IMG/VR virus record: IMGVR_UViG_3300050821_001527
Coordinates: 32,001 to 96,000 of that record
Reading direction: 5' to 3' (one strand)
Source of the DNA: a virus
Lineage: Duplodnaviria > Caudoviricetes
DNA length: 64,000 bases
Position numbers and translations under genes: made by a program. Shown piece by piece: positions 8,668 to 18,297 of the stretch. The number at the start of each line of letters is the position of its first letter. The stretch's first letter is position 1. The notes under the pieces are model-generated. The model saw nothing but the letters and a program-made list of their open reading frames with translations, was not told the origin of the DNA and made no database searches.

Positions 8668-10329
8668 ATGGAATTTAAGTTCAAAACGTGCTTTAGCTCG
8701 ACAGTAAAACCACTTGTCACCGAAGAAAGGGATAAATACCTTTCGCTCGCAAGCATTTCCAATCTTAGCTCCTTCATCCCGAACATTGATACGGCCAGAA
8801 ACATTGATTTATTGCCAGCCGCCTTCAATGCCTGCGTAATCAACCGAGTCAATCTAAACGGGGACATCGTTGATACCGCTACAGCGATGGACATGGCCGA
8901 CTATTTCATCAACAAGCCGATTGACGTAGAGCATAACAGGCAGCACCTTATCGGCGTTATTTTGACGGTTGGATTCAGCAAATTTGGAACGGACGAACCG
9001 CTTTCCCGCGCAGAAGCCAGCCAGATGACTACTCCGTTCAACCTTACTTTGGGGTGCGTATTCTGGAAGGTCGTAAACCCTGAATTGACTGACAGGATTG
9101 AGGAATCCAATGACCCATCAAGCCCGTATTACTTGACTGTTTCTGCAAGTTGGGAACTTGGTTTTAGTGAATTTGATGTAGCCGTAGCTTCTGCGGGTGG
9201 TAAGAATTTGGAAGACTGCGCGATTGTTTCCGACGCTAAATCCATCTCCGTGATTGAGAAGTATCTCAAGTGTAATGGTGGGACAGGCAAGCTCCAAGAC
9301 GGAAAACTTATATATCGTAAAGTGGTTGGGCAGGTTGTTCCTTTGGGTGTTGGTATTACTGGAAACCCAGCCGCAGATGTTGTAGGAATCGCTGTAAATA
9401 CGGCCACTCCATCGAAGGATATTACCATTTGTGATTCTGCGGAATCGCACGGGCACAGCATAGATAAATGCAGTTGCGGTAAAATCATTCGTCAATGCAG
9501 ATGTTCTTTCGCTGGCAAGCCAGTCAACGTTATTGAAAACGGTTGTAAAGATTGCCAAGAAAGTTCAAAAAAGATTTCACAATCATCGAATTTGGTTGTA
9601 AATACAGATAGCAAGAAACTTATGAAGCTCAATTCTCTGTCAGACATTAACGAAACGAACTGGAAGGAGCTTACTGCTTCTGTCGTTACCGAGTTCGTCG
9701 CTCAGGAAATGAAGAAGGCGAACGAGCAATTCATTGCTGACAAGAACAAGGATGCGGAAAACTTGAAGGCGTCCCAAGCGGCACAAAAGCAGCTTGAAGC
9801 CGACCACGCAACCATGAAGGCTTCTCTGGAACTCGTTCAGACCGAACTCGGAACTCTCAAGACTGAGAAGACCGAAAGGGAAAAGGTTGACAAGTTCAAT
9901 CACCGCATGAGCGACATCCACGCGTCTTACACTCTGTCGGATGACGTTTCCAAGGTTATCGCCTCCCAAATCAAGGACTTGGGCACAGCCGACGAAGCTT
10001 TCGCAAAGTATAAGGAAAGCATGGCCGTTTTCTTGACCCCGTTCAAGAAGAAGACCGAGGCTGAAATCGCCGCCGAAGCTAAGGCTTCCGCCGATGCCAA
10101 AATCGCCTTGGAAGCTAAGGCCACAGCCGATGCCGCAACTGCCGAAGCGAAGAAACTTTCCGAAGCCCAAGCTCAAAAGGTCATTGATGACGCAATCGAG
10201 AAGGGCAAGAAGGACAAGGGCGGTCTGCCGAACACAGCAGCAGGGCAGAAGCCGACTCTGATTGAGAAATACGCCGTAGCGTTCTCTCTCGAAGAAGGAT
10301 TTGAATTCCGCAACACCAGCAGGAGATAA
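8668..10329 (+). CDS. Prohead protease fused to a scaffold domain
   Basis: N-terminal maturation-protease-like domain (KPIDVEHNRQHLIG; VSASWELGF) and a long Ala/Lys/Glu-rich coiled-coil C-terminus; lies just before the decoration and MCP genes. Confidence 0.75.
   Translation: MEFKFKTCFSSTVKPLVTEERDKYLSLASISNLSSFIPNIDTARNIDLLPAAFNACVINRVNLNGDIVDTATAMDMADYFINKPIDVEHNRQHLIGVILTVGFSKFGTDEPLSRAEASQMTTPFNLTLGCVFWKVVNPELTDRIEESNDPSSPYYLTVSASWELGFSEFDVAVASAGGKNLEDCAIVSDAKSISVIEKYLKCNGGTGKLQDGKLIYRKVVGQVVPLGVGITGNPAADVVGIAVNTATPSKDITICDSAESHGHSIDKCSCGKIIRQCRCSFAGKPVNVIENGCKDCQESSKKISQSSNLVVNTDSKKLMKLNSLSDINETNWKELTASVVTEFVAQEMKKANEQFIADKNKDAENLKASQAAQKQLEADHATMKASLELVQTELGTLKTEKTEREKVDKFNHRMSDIHASYTLSDDVSKVIASQIKDLGTADEAFAKYKESMAVFLTPFKKKTEAEIAAEAKASADAKIALEAKATADAATAEAKKLSEAQAQKVIDDAIEKGKKDKGGLPNTAAGQKPTLIEKYAVAFSLEEGFEFRNTSRR
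9622..10329 (+). CDS. Putative nested scaffolding protein (in-frame internal start)
   Basis: In-frame ATG 9622 (MKLNSLSDINE) at the start of the coiled-coil region, preceded by GTTGTAAATA (9595-9604) and an A-rich leader. Confidence 0.5.
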   Translation: MKLNSLSDINETNWKELTASVVTEFVAQEMKKANEQFIADKNKDAENLKASQAAQKQLEADHATMKASLELVQTELGTLKTEKTEREKVDKFNHRMSDIHASYTLSDDVSKVIASQIKDLGTADEAFAKYKESMAVFLTPFKKKTEAEIAAEAKASADAKIALEAKATADAATAEAKKLSEAQAQKVIDDAIEKGKKDKGGLPNTAAGQKPTLIEKYAVAFSLEEGFEFRNTSRR

Positions 10330-10337
10330 ATAAATTT

Positions 10338-10916
10338 ATGTCACAGAAACTACTACAACTCAGAACTTACGACGAACGCGACGTTATCAACGTCTATGCT
10401 CTGTCCGGCTATGTAGCCGACACTACCACTGTCATCTACAGGGGGCTGGTAGTCAAGGTCGCCGGAAACGGCTGGATGGCCGACGCTCAGAACCCAATCG
10501 AATTCCTCGGTGGGCCAAGCGCGTTCCAGCCAAGCAACGTTGTCTCGCAGCGTTACGGTGTGGGGCCGAAGATGGTTCCGACCAACGCGGGCGATGTCGC
10601 CCTCGGTATGACGCTTTACGATATTCGTGAAACCGACGAAAACGGCGAACTCTTGAAGTTCCGCCCGCGCAAGGCTGCTGAAATGGAAGCCTGCATCAGC
10701 GGTCAAGCTGTTCCGGTTGTTCGCAAGGGTATGTTCCATATCTCCGGTCTGACGACTGGAAATGGTATCACCGGCGCGATTACGGCTGGTTCCCAGCTTT
10801 ATGTCGGAGCGAACGGAACTTTGAGTTCCCTCGCCTCTGGTGCTGCGGTTGGTATCGCTCTGGGAAGCACTGATTCCCACGGTGGAACCATCGTGTATTT
10901 CGATGTTGGTGTCTAA
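10338..10916 (+). CDS. Head decoration/cement protein
   Basis: 192 aa, Gly/Ala-rich, between scaffold and MCP. C-terminal GSQLYVGANGTL...AVGIALG is typical of beta-tulip decoration proteins. Confidence 0.6.
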   Translation: MSQKLLQLRTYDERDVINVYALSGYVADTTTVIYRGLVVKVAGNGWMADAQNPIEFLGGPSAFQPSNVVSQRYGVGPKMVPTNAGDVALGMTLYDIRETDENGELLKFRPRKAAEMEACISGQAVPVVRKGMFHISGLTTGNGITGAITAGSQLYVGANGTLSSLASGAAVGIALGSTDSHGGTIVYFDVGV

Positions 10917-10949
10917 TACGGTCACTAAATCACACAAGGACAAAAATTT

Positions 10950-12092
10950 ATGTCATTCATCAAACTAAAAGAAACGCCGGAACAAATCGAGCTTATCAAG
11001 GCTATGGGGTCTAAGAACCTCGGCATCTCCCGCGAGGCCACGGAAGCGGTTGCCGCGTTCCTTGGGCCTGTCATTAAGAAGGTCTTGATGACCCTCGGCA
11101 CGTCTTCGGCCATTTACCGCGATGCGGAATTCGACGAAGATTCTGACCCGTCCCTGCCACTCGACTTGTTCTATGATGCTGCCGAAGGCTACATCACGAC
11201 TTGGGCGCAGTCTCAGGCCGGTGGTCTTCCGACCAGCCAAGTCAACGGTGTCGCTGAACTGAAGTTCCAGACCTATCGCCTCGACAGCGCGGTCAGCTTC
11301 AACAAGCGTTACGCCCGCAAGAACCGCCTCGACGTTGTTTCCAAGGCTATCGAACGCTTGGTCAACGAAGTGCTTATCAAGCAGGAACGCAATGCGTGGT
11401 CTGTCATCTTGATGGCTCTCGCGCAAGCGTCCACGACTGTTCCGACTGGAAGCTCCAACACCCTGTCGCACACCATCGCGTCCGCGACTGGTGGGACATT
11501 CCTGTTGCAAGACTTGAACAAGCTGTTCACTCGCATCAAGAGAATCAACGAATCCTACGCGGCTATGACGCCGACGAGCGTGTTCTCCAACGGCCCGACG
11601 GACTTGTATGTCTCGCCGGAAATCAAGGAGCAAATCCGCGCCTTCGCCTTCAACCCTATCCGCACGGATGCGGCTGCGACGAACTCCAACTCCCAGTTCC
11701 TCACGGACAGTCAGCGTGAAGAAATCTGGCGCAACGGTGGTATGCAGTCCATCTTCGGTGTCGTTATCAACGAACTCGTCGAATTGGGCTTGAGCCAGAA
11801 GTATAACACTCTGTTCGACCAGTTCACTGGTGGTCAGTCCGTCGCCGGTCACAGCACTGGCGCTTGGGCTGGAACCGCCTCCGACCAGATTGCGATTGCG
11901 ATTGACAACTCCCGTGGGTCGTTCATTCGCCCAGTCTCTCGTCAGGCTGAATCCGGTGGAACGTTCTCCGTCCTCCCTGACGGTCAGTGGGATGGATACG
12001 GTGCCCGCGTCGAGAAGGTCGGCTTCTACGGCTTCGTCGAAGAAGGTCGCCTCTGTATTGATGCCCGTGCAATCACCGGTATCGTAGTCTAA
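10950..12092 (+). CDS. Major capsid protein (HK97 fold)
   Basis: 380 aa after the protease and decoration genes. Backbone-helix-like segment (RLDVVSKAIERLVNEVLIKQERNAW), strongly biased codons, followed by a strong terminator. Confidence 0.85.
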   Translation: MSFIKLKETPEQIELIKAMGSKNLGISREATEAVAAFLGPVIKKVLMTLGTSSAIYRDAEFDEDSDPSLPLDLFYDAAEGYITTWAQSQAGGLPTSQVNGVAELKFQTYRLDSAVSFNKRYARKNRLDVVSKAIERLVNEVLIKQERNAWSVILMALAQASTTVPTGSSNTLSHTIASATGGTFLLQDLNKLFTRIKRINESYAAMTPTSVFSNGPTDLYVSPEIKEQIRAFAFNPIRTDAAATNSNSQFLTDSQREEIWRNGGMQSIFGVVINELVELGLSQKYNTLFDQFTGGQSVAGHSTGAWAGTASDQIAIAIDNSRGSFIRPVSRQAESGGTFSVLPDGQWDGYGARVEKVGFYGFVEEGRLCIDARAITGIVV

Positions 12093-12112
12093 CTCATAAC
12101 CCCAAGTTTCAG

Positions 12113-12149
12113 AAAGAGGGGCGGGATTTCCCGCCTCTCTTTTTTTTTT
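12113..12149 (+). terminator. Rho-independent terminator after MCP
   Basis: AGAGGGGCGGGA-tt-TCCCGCCTCTCT hairpin followed by a run of about 10 T. Confidence 0.9.
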
Positions 12150-12178
12150 GTTTTGGAGAGGGTTTTATTACAATAAAT

Positions 12179-12526
12179 ATGGCCGCTAAAAAGAAACTAT
12201 CAGAATTGAAGCAGACGGACGGAAAAGTCGAAACCTTCCGCCCAACGACCCTCGAACAAGTTTGGGGAGAGTCGGGCAGAAGCAAATACGGAACCGACAG
12301 TCTGGAAGAATACGAATCCACCCTCAAGGGGATGAACAAGTCCGACTTACACGCCCATGCCCGCAAGCTGGGATTCCGCCCGGACGACAACTACGACCTT
12401 CTCCGACGCAAGTTGAAGCAGGAGTTTATTACCCACACGAATGGCTTCAAGGCTCCTCTGGCCCCACCGAAGCCACCGACCAAGATTTCCCCTGCTGTTG
12501 CCAAAATCCTCGCCGAAGGGCGATAA
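12179..12526 (+). CDS. Small basic protein with a Rho-N/HeH-like helical motif
   Basis: LKGMNKSDLHAHARKLG resembles the Rho N-terminal/HeH motif; 115 aa. Confidence 0.45.
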   Translation: MAAKKKLSELKQTDGKVETFRPTTLEQVWGESGRSKYGTDSLEEYESTLKGMNKSDLHAHARKLGFRPDDNYDLLRRKLKQEFITHTNGFKAPLAPPKPPTKISPAVAKILAEGR

Positions 12527-12549
12527 GCCCATCTCCTTTTAGGAGAATA

Positions 12550-12563
12550 GTGTAATATCATGT
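12550..12563 (+). promoter_or_regulatory. GTGTAA late-promoter-like motif
   Basis: GTGTAATATCATGT directly before ATG 12564. Confidence 0.55.
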
Positions 12564-12899
12564 ATGGCTAACCGATATGATATTTGCATTGAACAAGGGT
12601 CGAACCTCAGTTTCCAAATCACCGTTGCTGACGCGACAGGTGCCCCTCTAAATCTTTCCGGTTACGCCGCATCCGGTCAAATTCGATATGGATATGGATG
12701 CACTGGAATGCTTGTTGCTTTAACCGTGGGAGTTGATAGCTCCTACGTCAGCGGACTTTTGAACGTCTCTCTGACCCCGGAACAGACTTCTGCGCTGCCG
12801 GTCACAAAAGCGGTTTACGATATTGAAGTGTCGCAAGGAGACTCTACCTTCAAGGCGGTCAAAGGATACGCAGAAATCTATCCCGAGGTAACGCAATAA
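12564..12899 (+). CDS. BppU/LtfC-like beta-sandwich virion adaptor protein
   Basis: YDICIEQGSNLSFQITVADATGAPLNLSGY..GQIR...YDIEV pattern, typical of fibre-attachment domains. Confidence 0.6.
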   Translation: MANRYDICIEQGSNLSFQITVADATGAPLNLSGYAASGQIRYGYGCTGMLVALTVGVDSSYVSGLLNVSLTPEQTSALPVTKAVYDIEVSQGDSTFKAVKGYAEIYPEVTQ

Positions 12900-14389
12900 T
12901 GAATGATTTCCAAGTCACGGTCAACACGAATCCGGTAAATGTCACGGTTATTAAACAACCGATAGACGTAACTGTTTCTGTTGTCGGTGTGCAAGGCCCG
13001 TCGGGGTCTAGTGACGGCGGGGGAGGAATTCAGAAAGTTTTCGAGGTCTATCTACACGCTGATTACATCGTTGACCCTGCGGTTGGCATTCAACCCGCTT
13101 TGACTTCGGGGTATAACGTCCTTCTTACACAGCCTACCAGTGGGGACAGGGGCATCTATTCTGTCAATGGAGATAACTCTTTATCGTTAAGGACGAGTCT
13201 TGAAACTACGAGTTACGATGGCTCTATTGTATGGGCCTATCTAAAGCAATCAGAGGATAATGGAACCCAAACTGGCCCGTTTACTTATGGAGTTTATTTC
13301 AGCGAATTTTGCTTTCTTGTTCCATTGATGACTCCAAATTTCCTTCCTATAAACGGTGGGAATATGGTTGGCCCCATTTTCTTTGGTAACTATGGGCAAA
13401 ACATCAATGTAGGTTCTTTCGATAACGGGCTTGGGGGTGGGAGTGGTATTAGTTTAAACTGCGCTGTCAATTACGAACTGAACTGGCAAGCTGGGCATTT
13501 AAAAAGTTGGTATAACGGAGCTACTCAGCCACTCATGCTGGACTCCTCGCTCATTATTGACATTGGCGGCGGGGCTTCTCTTGGCTCTGCCACGAAATAT
13601 AGAAATAATGGATTCAGCCATTATACCGCAGGAGTCTCGGGTAATAGTTTCATAGTCGCAGATACCAGCGATTACGGAGGGTCGCCTTGGGGAAATAGTC
13701 CTCTAGTCAAATTTATAATTTCTACAGGAGAAGTCCAAGTTCCCGTTAATTTCAAGAACAACTCAATGAGTAGTCTTGACGTGAGTGGGAATAATTCCGT
13801 CGGGCCTTACATCCTAATCAACGCTTATAACTCAGCAGAGAATTCTGGGGACATTTCGTTTCCTAACCATTTCTTACAGCAACCAAGTTTCAATCCTGAC
13901 CTATTGGGCATAGCTGTTCTTGATGAACCGCAGCCTACTGGCGGGGCGTATCCTCTTTATATCAATATTCTTGATGCTTCTGGCGTTGATAATACGAGCG
14001 TGTTAAACGCATTAACGGGGGTAGTGACTTATTTTAGTCTTACTCAGAATGGGAAGACGGCGATTTATCAAACGGCCACGGGTTCCTTTACATTGGCTCA
14101 GGGACAGGCGGCTTATGACCCCTACTATATCGGAAGCCAGCCAGTCACGTTGATTCAACCGGCTGGCGTGTCGTTTAATACGACCGACCCGATTTACTTT
14201 GGCGTTGGGCCAATGGAAGCATTCTGTATCGTAAGCGGCTCCGGTAACTTTTTTGGCCTGTCTGTTCAGGGAAATCCGGTGGCTGTTACGTCAGACTTGC
14301 TTAACCAAGTCTCAATTTTACAGGCTCAAATTGACCTTTTGAGCGGAATGCTCAACACATTGAGTGGTCTAGCAATTTTAGGACAGTAA
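12899..14389 (+). CDS. Tail/neck fibre-like protein
   Basis: 496 aa. VVGVQGPSG near the N-terminus, FLPINGGNMVGP fibre motif and a C-terminal heptad (LLNQVSILQAQIDLL). Confidence 0.55.
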   Translation: MNDFQVTVNTNPVNVTVIKQPIDVTVSVVGVQGPSGSSDGGGGIQKVFEVYLHADYIVDPAVGIQPALTSGYNVLLTQPTSGDRGIYSVNGDNSLSLRTSLETTSYDGSIVWAYLKQSEDNGTQTGPFTYGVYFSEFCFLVPLMTPNFLPINGGNMVGPIFFGNYGQNINVGSFDNGLGGGSGISLNCAVNYELNWQAGHLKSWYNGATQPLMLDSSLIIDIGGGASLGSATKYRNNGFSHYTAGVSGNSFIVADTSDYGGSPWGNSPLVKFIISTGEVQVPVNFKNNSMSSLDVSGNNSVGPYILINAYNSAENSGDISFPNHFLQQPSFNPDLLGIAVLDEPQPTGGAYPLYINILDASGVDNTSVLNALTGVVTYFSLTQNGKTAIYQTATGSFTLAQGQAAYDPYYIGSQPVTLIQPAGVSFNTTDPIYFGVGPMEAFCIVSGSGNFFGLSVQGNPVAVTSDLLNQVSILQAQIDLLSGMLNTLSGLAILGQ

Positions 14390-14393
14390 TAAA

Positions 14394-14407
14394 GTGTAAA
14401 CAATAGT
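14394..14407 (+). promoter_or_regulatory. GTGTAA late-promoter-like motif
   Basis: GTGTAAACAATAGT directly before ATG 14408. Confidence 0.55.
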
Positions 14408-14923
14408 ATGAAAGTAGTAGATATTGCCAACGAAATTTATCTGGAAAACGCGTCTCCAAGCGATACGGGCCTTGCCGCCATTGCGTTTTGGGTTCGCTCG
14501 AACGTTGGCAGGTTGAACACCCTTTTGTATGAAGACTTCTACGTGGACGAAAACACGTATGAAATATTCAAGGGAGACAGGAACAACCCATGTCGTATTC
14601 ACCCGCTTGCGGTGGCGATTGTGAAAACGATGTATAAGCTTTACAGGGCGGAACTAGATATTCGCGCCTTGCTTACGACTCTGCAAACAGATACAATTTT
14701 GGAAGCCTCGGATGAAGGCTTTACGGTCAAGAAAGTCAATCGCAGCGAAATCCTTAAAACGCTGACCGCGTTGAAAAAGGATGCCATGAAGGAATTGACC
14801 GACATGGTTCATTATTACCGCAGCTATCACGCTGAACCGTCTCAGGTTGCGGGTAACGACACCGTTCCGGGCAGGTTCCCTCCCTACGATAACGCGATTG
14901 CTTTTCAAAGGTGGTATTACTAA
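14408..14923 (+). CDS. Putative head-tail adaptor
   Basis: 171-aa helical protein, first of four neck-region genes before the tail tube; called from synteny. Confidence 0.5.
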   Translation: MKVVDIANEIYLENASPSDTGLAAIAFWVRSNVGRLNTLLYEDFYVDENTYEIFKGDRNNPCRIHPLAVAIVKTMYKLYRAELDIRALLTTLQTDTILEASDEGFTVKKVNRSEILKTLTALKKDAMKELTDMVHYYRSYHAEPSQVAGNDTVPGRFPPYDNAIAFQRWYY

Positions 14924-15382
14924 ATGTCATTGGTATCAGATGCAGAAGCGGCAATTTTGTCCGGTAATTTTCTTGAGGTTTTTCAAGCCTTCTCGAAAAA
15001 CAGGACGATTACTGTCCATAAGGAGCCGCTAAAGACCTTCGTTTCAACACCCGACCCGAACACAGCCCTGTTTGGATTCGGAGAAACGCAGCAACAGGCC
15101 GTCTATAACTATACCCCTCAAAATCAATCCTTCAATGCCATCGTTCGTTACGGGGCGAGTTACCGCACGAACATGTCCTCAGAACCAACCGAAGCGGACA
15201 TCTTCTTCTCCAAGGGGATGGTTCAAATCATGGTTCAGAGAGACTGTCACGATTACATCGTGCAGGACAAAACTTTGAAGATTGAACTGGACGGCAGGGC
15301 TTGGATGGTGGTCGGGGAACCAAGAGCCAAGAAATTTTTGCTGAATGATTACTATGTTTTCTACCTGCAAAACCTACAATAA
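14924..15382 (+). CDS. Putative head closure protein
   Basis: 152 aa, beta-rich C-terminus (KIELDGRAWMVVGEP...YYVFYL); called from synteny. Confidence 0.5.
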   Translation: MSLVSDAEAAILSGNFLEVFQAFSKNRTITVHKEPLKTFVSTPDPNTALFGFGETQQQAVYNYTPQNQSFNAIVRYGASYRTNMSSEPTEADIFFSKGMVQIMVQRDCHDYIVQDKTLKIELDGRAWMVVGEPRAKKFLLNDYYVFYLQNLQ

Positions 15383-15384
15383 TC

Positions 15385-15990
15385 ATGCTGACGGTTACAG
15401 TAAAGGCAGACAGGAACGCCATACTTCAGAAGATTCTGAGCAGCAGAGCCTTCGTGGAGAAGGGATGGGTCGCGGCAGAGAAAGTAGCCCGCAAGAGGTT
15501 TAATCAGCAGAAGGAGTTGTTCTTTAGAGATTTTGACGAGCATCCGGTCACTCAGGAAATCAAGGCGGGGCCGGAAATCGAAGGGAATCCAAGCGGGCTG
15601 TTGGGCGGGGAAGGGAACCTGTTCAGCTTCTTCGGATTCAATGAAGGTGAAGACCCCATTGGGGACGTAAAGTTGTTTATGGAGTCCTTGTTCGACATAG
15701 AACGCGGCTCATACCGCTCAAAACAATGGACGTTCAGAGTCAAAATGCCGGACGAGGAACAGGTAGCGGCATACGTGGTCGGAAAATACGGCGCGGACTA
15801 TACAAGCGAAAGCTGGATAGACGGGGTGGAAAAGGGATACTCCGGTTTGAACTATTATCTCAGGTTCAGGGACAAGGGACGCTCTGGCGGTGGTATTGAA
15901 GTGTCGTCGCCGGTAAGAGAACTGAATTTCTCGACTACGCCGTATCTGTCGGAAATGGTGAAGAATTTTAGACGTAACATACAAACATGA
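15385..15990 (+). CDS. Putative neck/tail-completion protein
   Basis: 201 aa, between head closure and tail terminator; C-terminal FSTTPYLSEMV resembles HK97 gp10-like proteins. Confidence 0.45.
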   Translation: MLTVTVKADRNAILQKILSSRAFVEKGWVAAEKVARKRFNQQKELFFRDFDEHPVTQEIKAGPEIEGNPSGLLGGEGNLFSFFGFNEGEDPIGDVKLFMESLFDIERGSYRSKQWTFRVKMPDEEQVAAYVVGKYGADYTSESWIDGVEKGYSGLNYYLRFRDKGRSGGGIEVSSPVRELNFSTTPYLSEMVKNFRRNIQT

Positions 15991-16823
15991 ATGCCCAATT
16001 AGATGCAAGAATTTTAAGCAGCCTCGCTCTCTATCTTGATTACAAGTTATTGAAGCAGGCACAGGCTTACACCAATACATCGGGGGCATTGTATTCCATC
16101 ACTTCGGAGATTGTCGGGATGTATGCGTATTCCACTCCCCACAAGCAGTTGGTCAATGACACATCCATAACTGGCGCAAACGTGATGACCGGGGTATGGC
16201 TGGACGGAAATTTCATTGTCCCCGGACAGAGCGGCCTGTATGGAATCAATCATTACGAGGGCACCGTTTATTTCAACCACAAGATTACCAGCCCGGAAAC
16301 GAGGCTATCGGGAGTCTATGCCTTCAAGGACTTCTCTGTCAAAATCACCGACCAAACGGATTACAAGCTCATTTTCGGAAACAAATACATGAGCAACGAC
16401 CTCTACGCCCAAACCCCAACCGGCTTGGAGGAAGATGTTGAAATTTACCCGATTATCTACATCCGTCCAACGACCATTGAAAACAAGCCGTTCGGACTGG
16501 CCGGACTGGACGACAATACGATGCTTGCCCGCGCTGTTATCATTTCTGATGATATGTATGACGCTATCGGGGCGGCAAATGTAATGAAAAACCTGAATTT
16601 GAAGGTTTTGCCGGTATATTCCAGCCTACCGTTCAACCAAATGGGGCTATACACCGGGGGTGCGCCTTACAACTTTGAGCAACTGCCCCAGCACGGGGAA
16701 ACCCCGATTATCTGGAAGGTTAAGACCAGTTCCCTGACTCCAAAGGGGGACGAACTCAATTTGCTGAACATTAAGACCATGTTTGCTGATTTTGAGGTCA
16801 GAACATTGGCCACCCATCCTTAA
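15987..16823 (+). CDS. Putative tail terminator
   Basis: 278 aa, directly before the tail tube gene; YPIIYI motif; ATGA overlap with the upstream gene. Confidence 0.45.
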   Translation: MNAQLDARILSSLALYLDYKLLKQAQAYTNTSGALYSITSEIVGMYAYSTPHKQLVNDTSITGANVMTGVWLDGNFIVPGQSGLYGINHYEGTVYFNHKITSPETRLSGVYAFKDFSVKITDQTDYKLIFGNKYMSNDLYAQTPTGLEEDVEIYPIIYIRPTTIENKPFGLAGLDDNTMLARAVIISDDMYDAIGAANVMKNLNLKVLPVYSSLPFNQMGLYTGGAPYNFEQLPQHGETPIIWKVKTSSLTPKGDELNLLNIKTMFADFEVRTLATHP

Positions 16824-16850
16824 TTTTGCTGTTCACATTTCCGTCTAACA

Positions 16851-16862
16851 GTTGTAATATAG
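16851..16862 (+). promoter_or_regulatory. GTTGTAA variant of the late-promoter-like motif
   Basis: GTTGTAATATAG in the intergenic gap before the tail tube gene. Confidence 0.45.
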
Positions 16863-16886
16863 AATGAATAAGGAACACATCATTTT

Positions 16887-17834
16887 ATGTCAAAACCGAC
16901 AAGAACACTTTACGCAACGCAGAACGCGGTCATTTTCCCTTCTGGAAGCAATGTTGACCCGGCGTTCTATTGTCTGCCCATCAACAGCGTTAGCTTGGAT
17001 GTCACGAATCCAATCGAAAACGTTCTGGTATTCGGCACATTGGGCGCTGCCGCCCGTGTTCAGAAGGAGCCTTCCAAGACGAGAATGTCAATCAAGTCTT
17101 ACCTCGTCGCCGGAAGCGTTTCTGGCGGTTTGGGAGCATCTTTGCCGTTCGACGCTACCGCTGTCGGAGTCCTTACCGGAAATTCCATTACGGCGCAGGC
17201 TGCGGAAGTTCGCCTCGAACCTTACGGTTTCACGGGTTACGGCATCTTGACGAAGCTCGACCTTGACGCTTCCACGAACAATTTCGTTACCCTCGACCTG
17301 ACGTTTGAAGGACTTGGAACCCCGAACTACGGCGGAATCAATACCGCTGGCGTTGGCAACACAAGCTATGCCGGTCAGATTCCTGTTATTACGGGTGTCC
17401 AGCCGGTCACTTCCGACCTCGTTGCTGCCGGTGTTATCTCCACGGATTCCTTGTTCACGGGAGCCATCGGAACCAACATTACTGGTTTGGGCAATGCTGC
17501 CTGCGTCAATTCCGCCAAGTTCTCCTTGGACATTCCTACGGACACAATCATGTGTCTCGGTTCTCAGATTACCGGCAACCAGCTTGCGGTTCAGTCTGGA
17601 AACGTTATGATTGCCAAGCCTCCGTTCAAGGCAACCCTTGTCGTCGAAGGAACTGCGGCCACGGCCTGTGACGCGGTTGACTTCGGAACCATCGTTGTTT
17701 CGCTCCCGACCCCTCGCCTTATCTCGAACACTGTCAACCAGTCTGTCGGTGCGGCTGGCGTTACTTACAACTACACTGTCGAAGACATCACGGCTACCTT
17801 CAGTCCTTCGACCATCACCGGAGTCGCAATCTAA
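16887..17834 (+). CDS. Major tail tube protein
   Basis: 315 aa, T/S/G/A/V-rich, MCP-like codon bias, followed by a terminator, then chaperones and TMP. Confidence 0.7.
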   Translation: MSKPTRTLYATQNAVIFPSGSNVDPAFYCLPINSVSLDVTNPIENVLVFGTLGAAARVQKEPSKTRMSIKSYLVAGSVSGGLGASLPFDATAVGVLTGNSITAQAAEVRLEPYGFTGYGILTKLDLDASTNNFVTLDLTFEGLGTPNYGGINTAGVGNTSYAGQIPVITGVQPVTSDLVAAGVISTDSLFTGAIGTNITGLGNAACVNSAKFSLDIPTDTIMCLGSQITGNQLAVQSGNVMIAKPPFKATLVVEGTAATACDAVDFGTIVVSLPTPRLISNTVNQSVGAAGVTYNYTVEDITATFSPSTITGVAI

Positions 17835-17854
17835 CCCTCCTAATCGTGTTTCAA

Positions 17855-17894
17855 GGGGAAGCTCCCAATCCGGGGGCTTCCCTTTTTTGTTTTT
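17855..17894 (+). terminator. Rho-independent terminator after the tail tube gene
   Basis: GGGGAAGCTCCC-aatcc-GGGGGCTTCCCT hairpin followed by T runs. Confidence 0.85.
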
Positions 17895-17924
17895 CAGGTG
17901 TATTTCCTTTTAGGAATAAGGCGT

Positions 17925-18281
17925 ATGGTTTCACCTGAGAACAACATTATCTATCTGCAAACATCCAAGGAGATAACCTCCTTGTTCAAAAGCTTCTTGG
18001 AAGACCTCGAAAACCAGAAGAAAGACCACGACTTGATGATGGCCAAGGTCGCTGAGAAATGCGGCCAAGACTACGCCAACTCCATCAACTTCTTCTCGGA
18101 CGAGAAATACAACCACATACGCAAGAGAGTCCTAGACCACGGAAACGAAACCTCCCGCCAACTATCCGCGTTCCTAGACTACTTCGATTTCCAGATTAAC
18201 ACCCAAAAGCTTGATGAAGCCGTCAAGAACAAGGTGACCCACAAAAAAATCATCATTGCCGGACAGATTGGCGTAGAATAA
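17925..18281 (+). CDS. Hypothetical protein
   Basis: 118 aa from ATG 17925 (the track start at 17898 is a GTG inside the GTGTATTT motif). Confidence 0.6.
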   Translation: MVSPENNIIYLQTSKEITSLFKSFLEDLENQKKDHDLMMAKVAEKCGQDYANSINFFSDEKYNHIRKRVLDHGNETSRQLSAFLDYFDFQINTQKLDEAVKNKVTHKKIIIAGQIGVE

Positions 18282-18297
18282 TCAGGCGTAAGGCACT

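Noticed and set aside
12899-13030. Collagen-like repeat
   Set aside because: Only GVQGPSG (about two triplets), too short for a triple helix.
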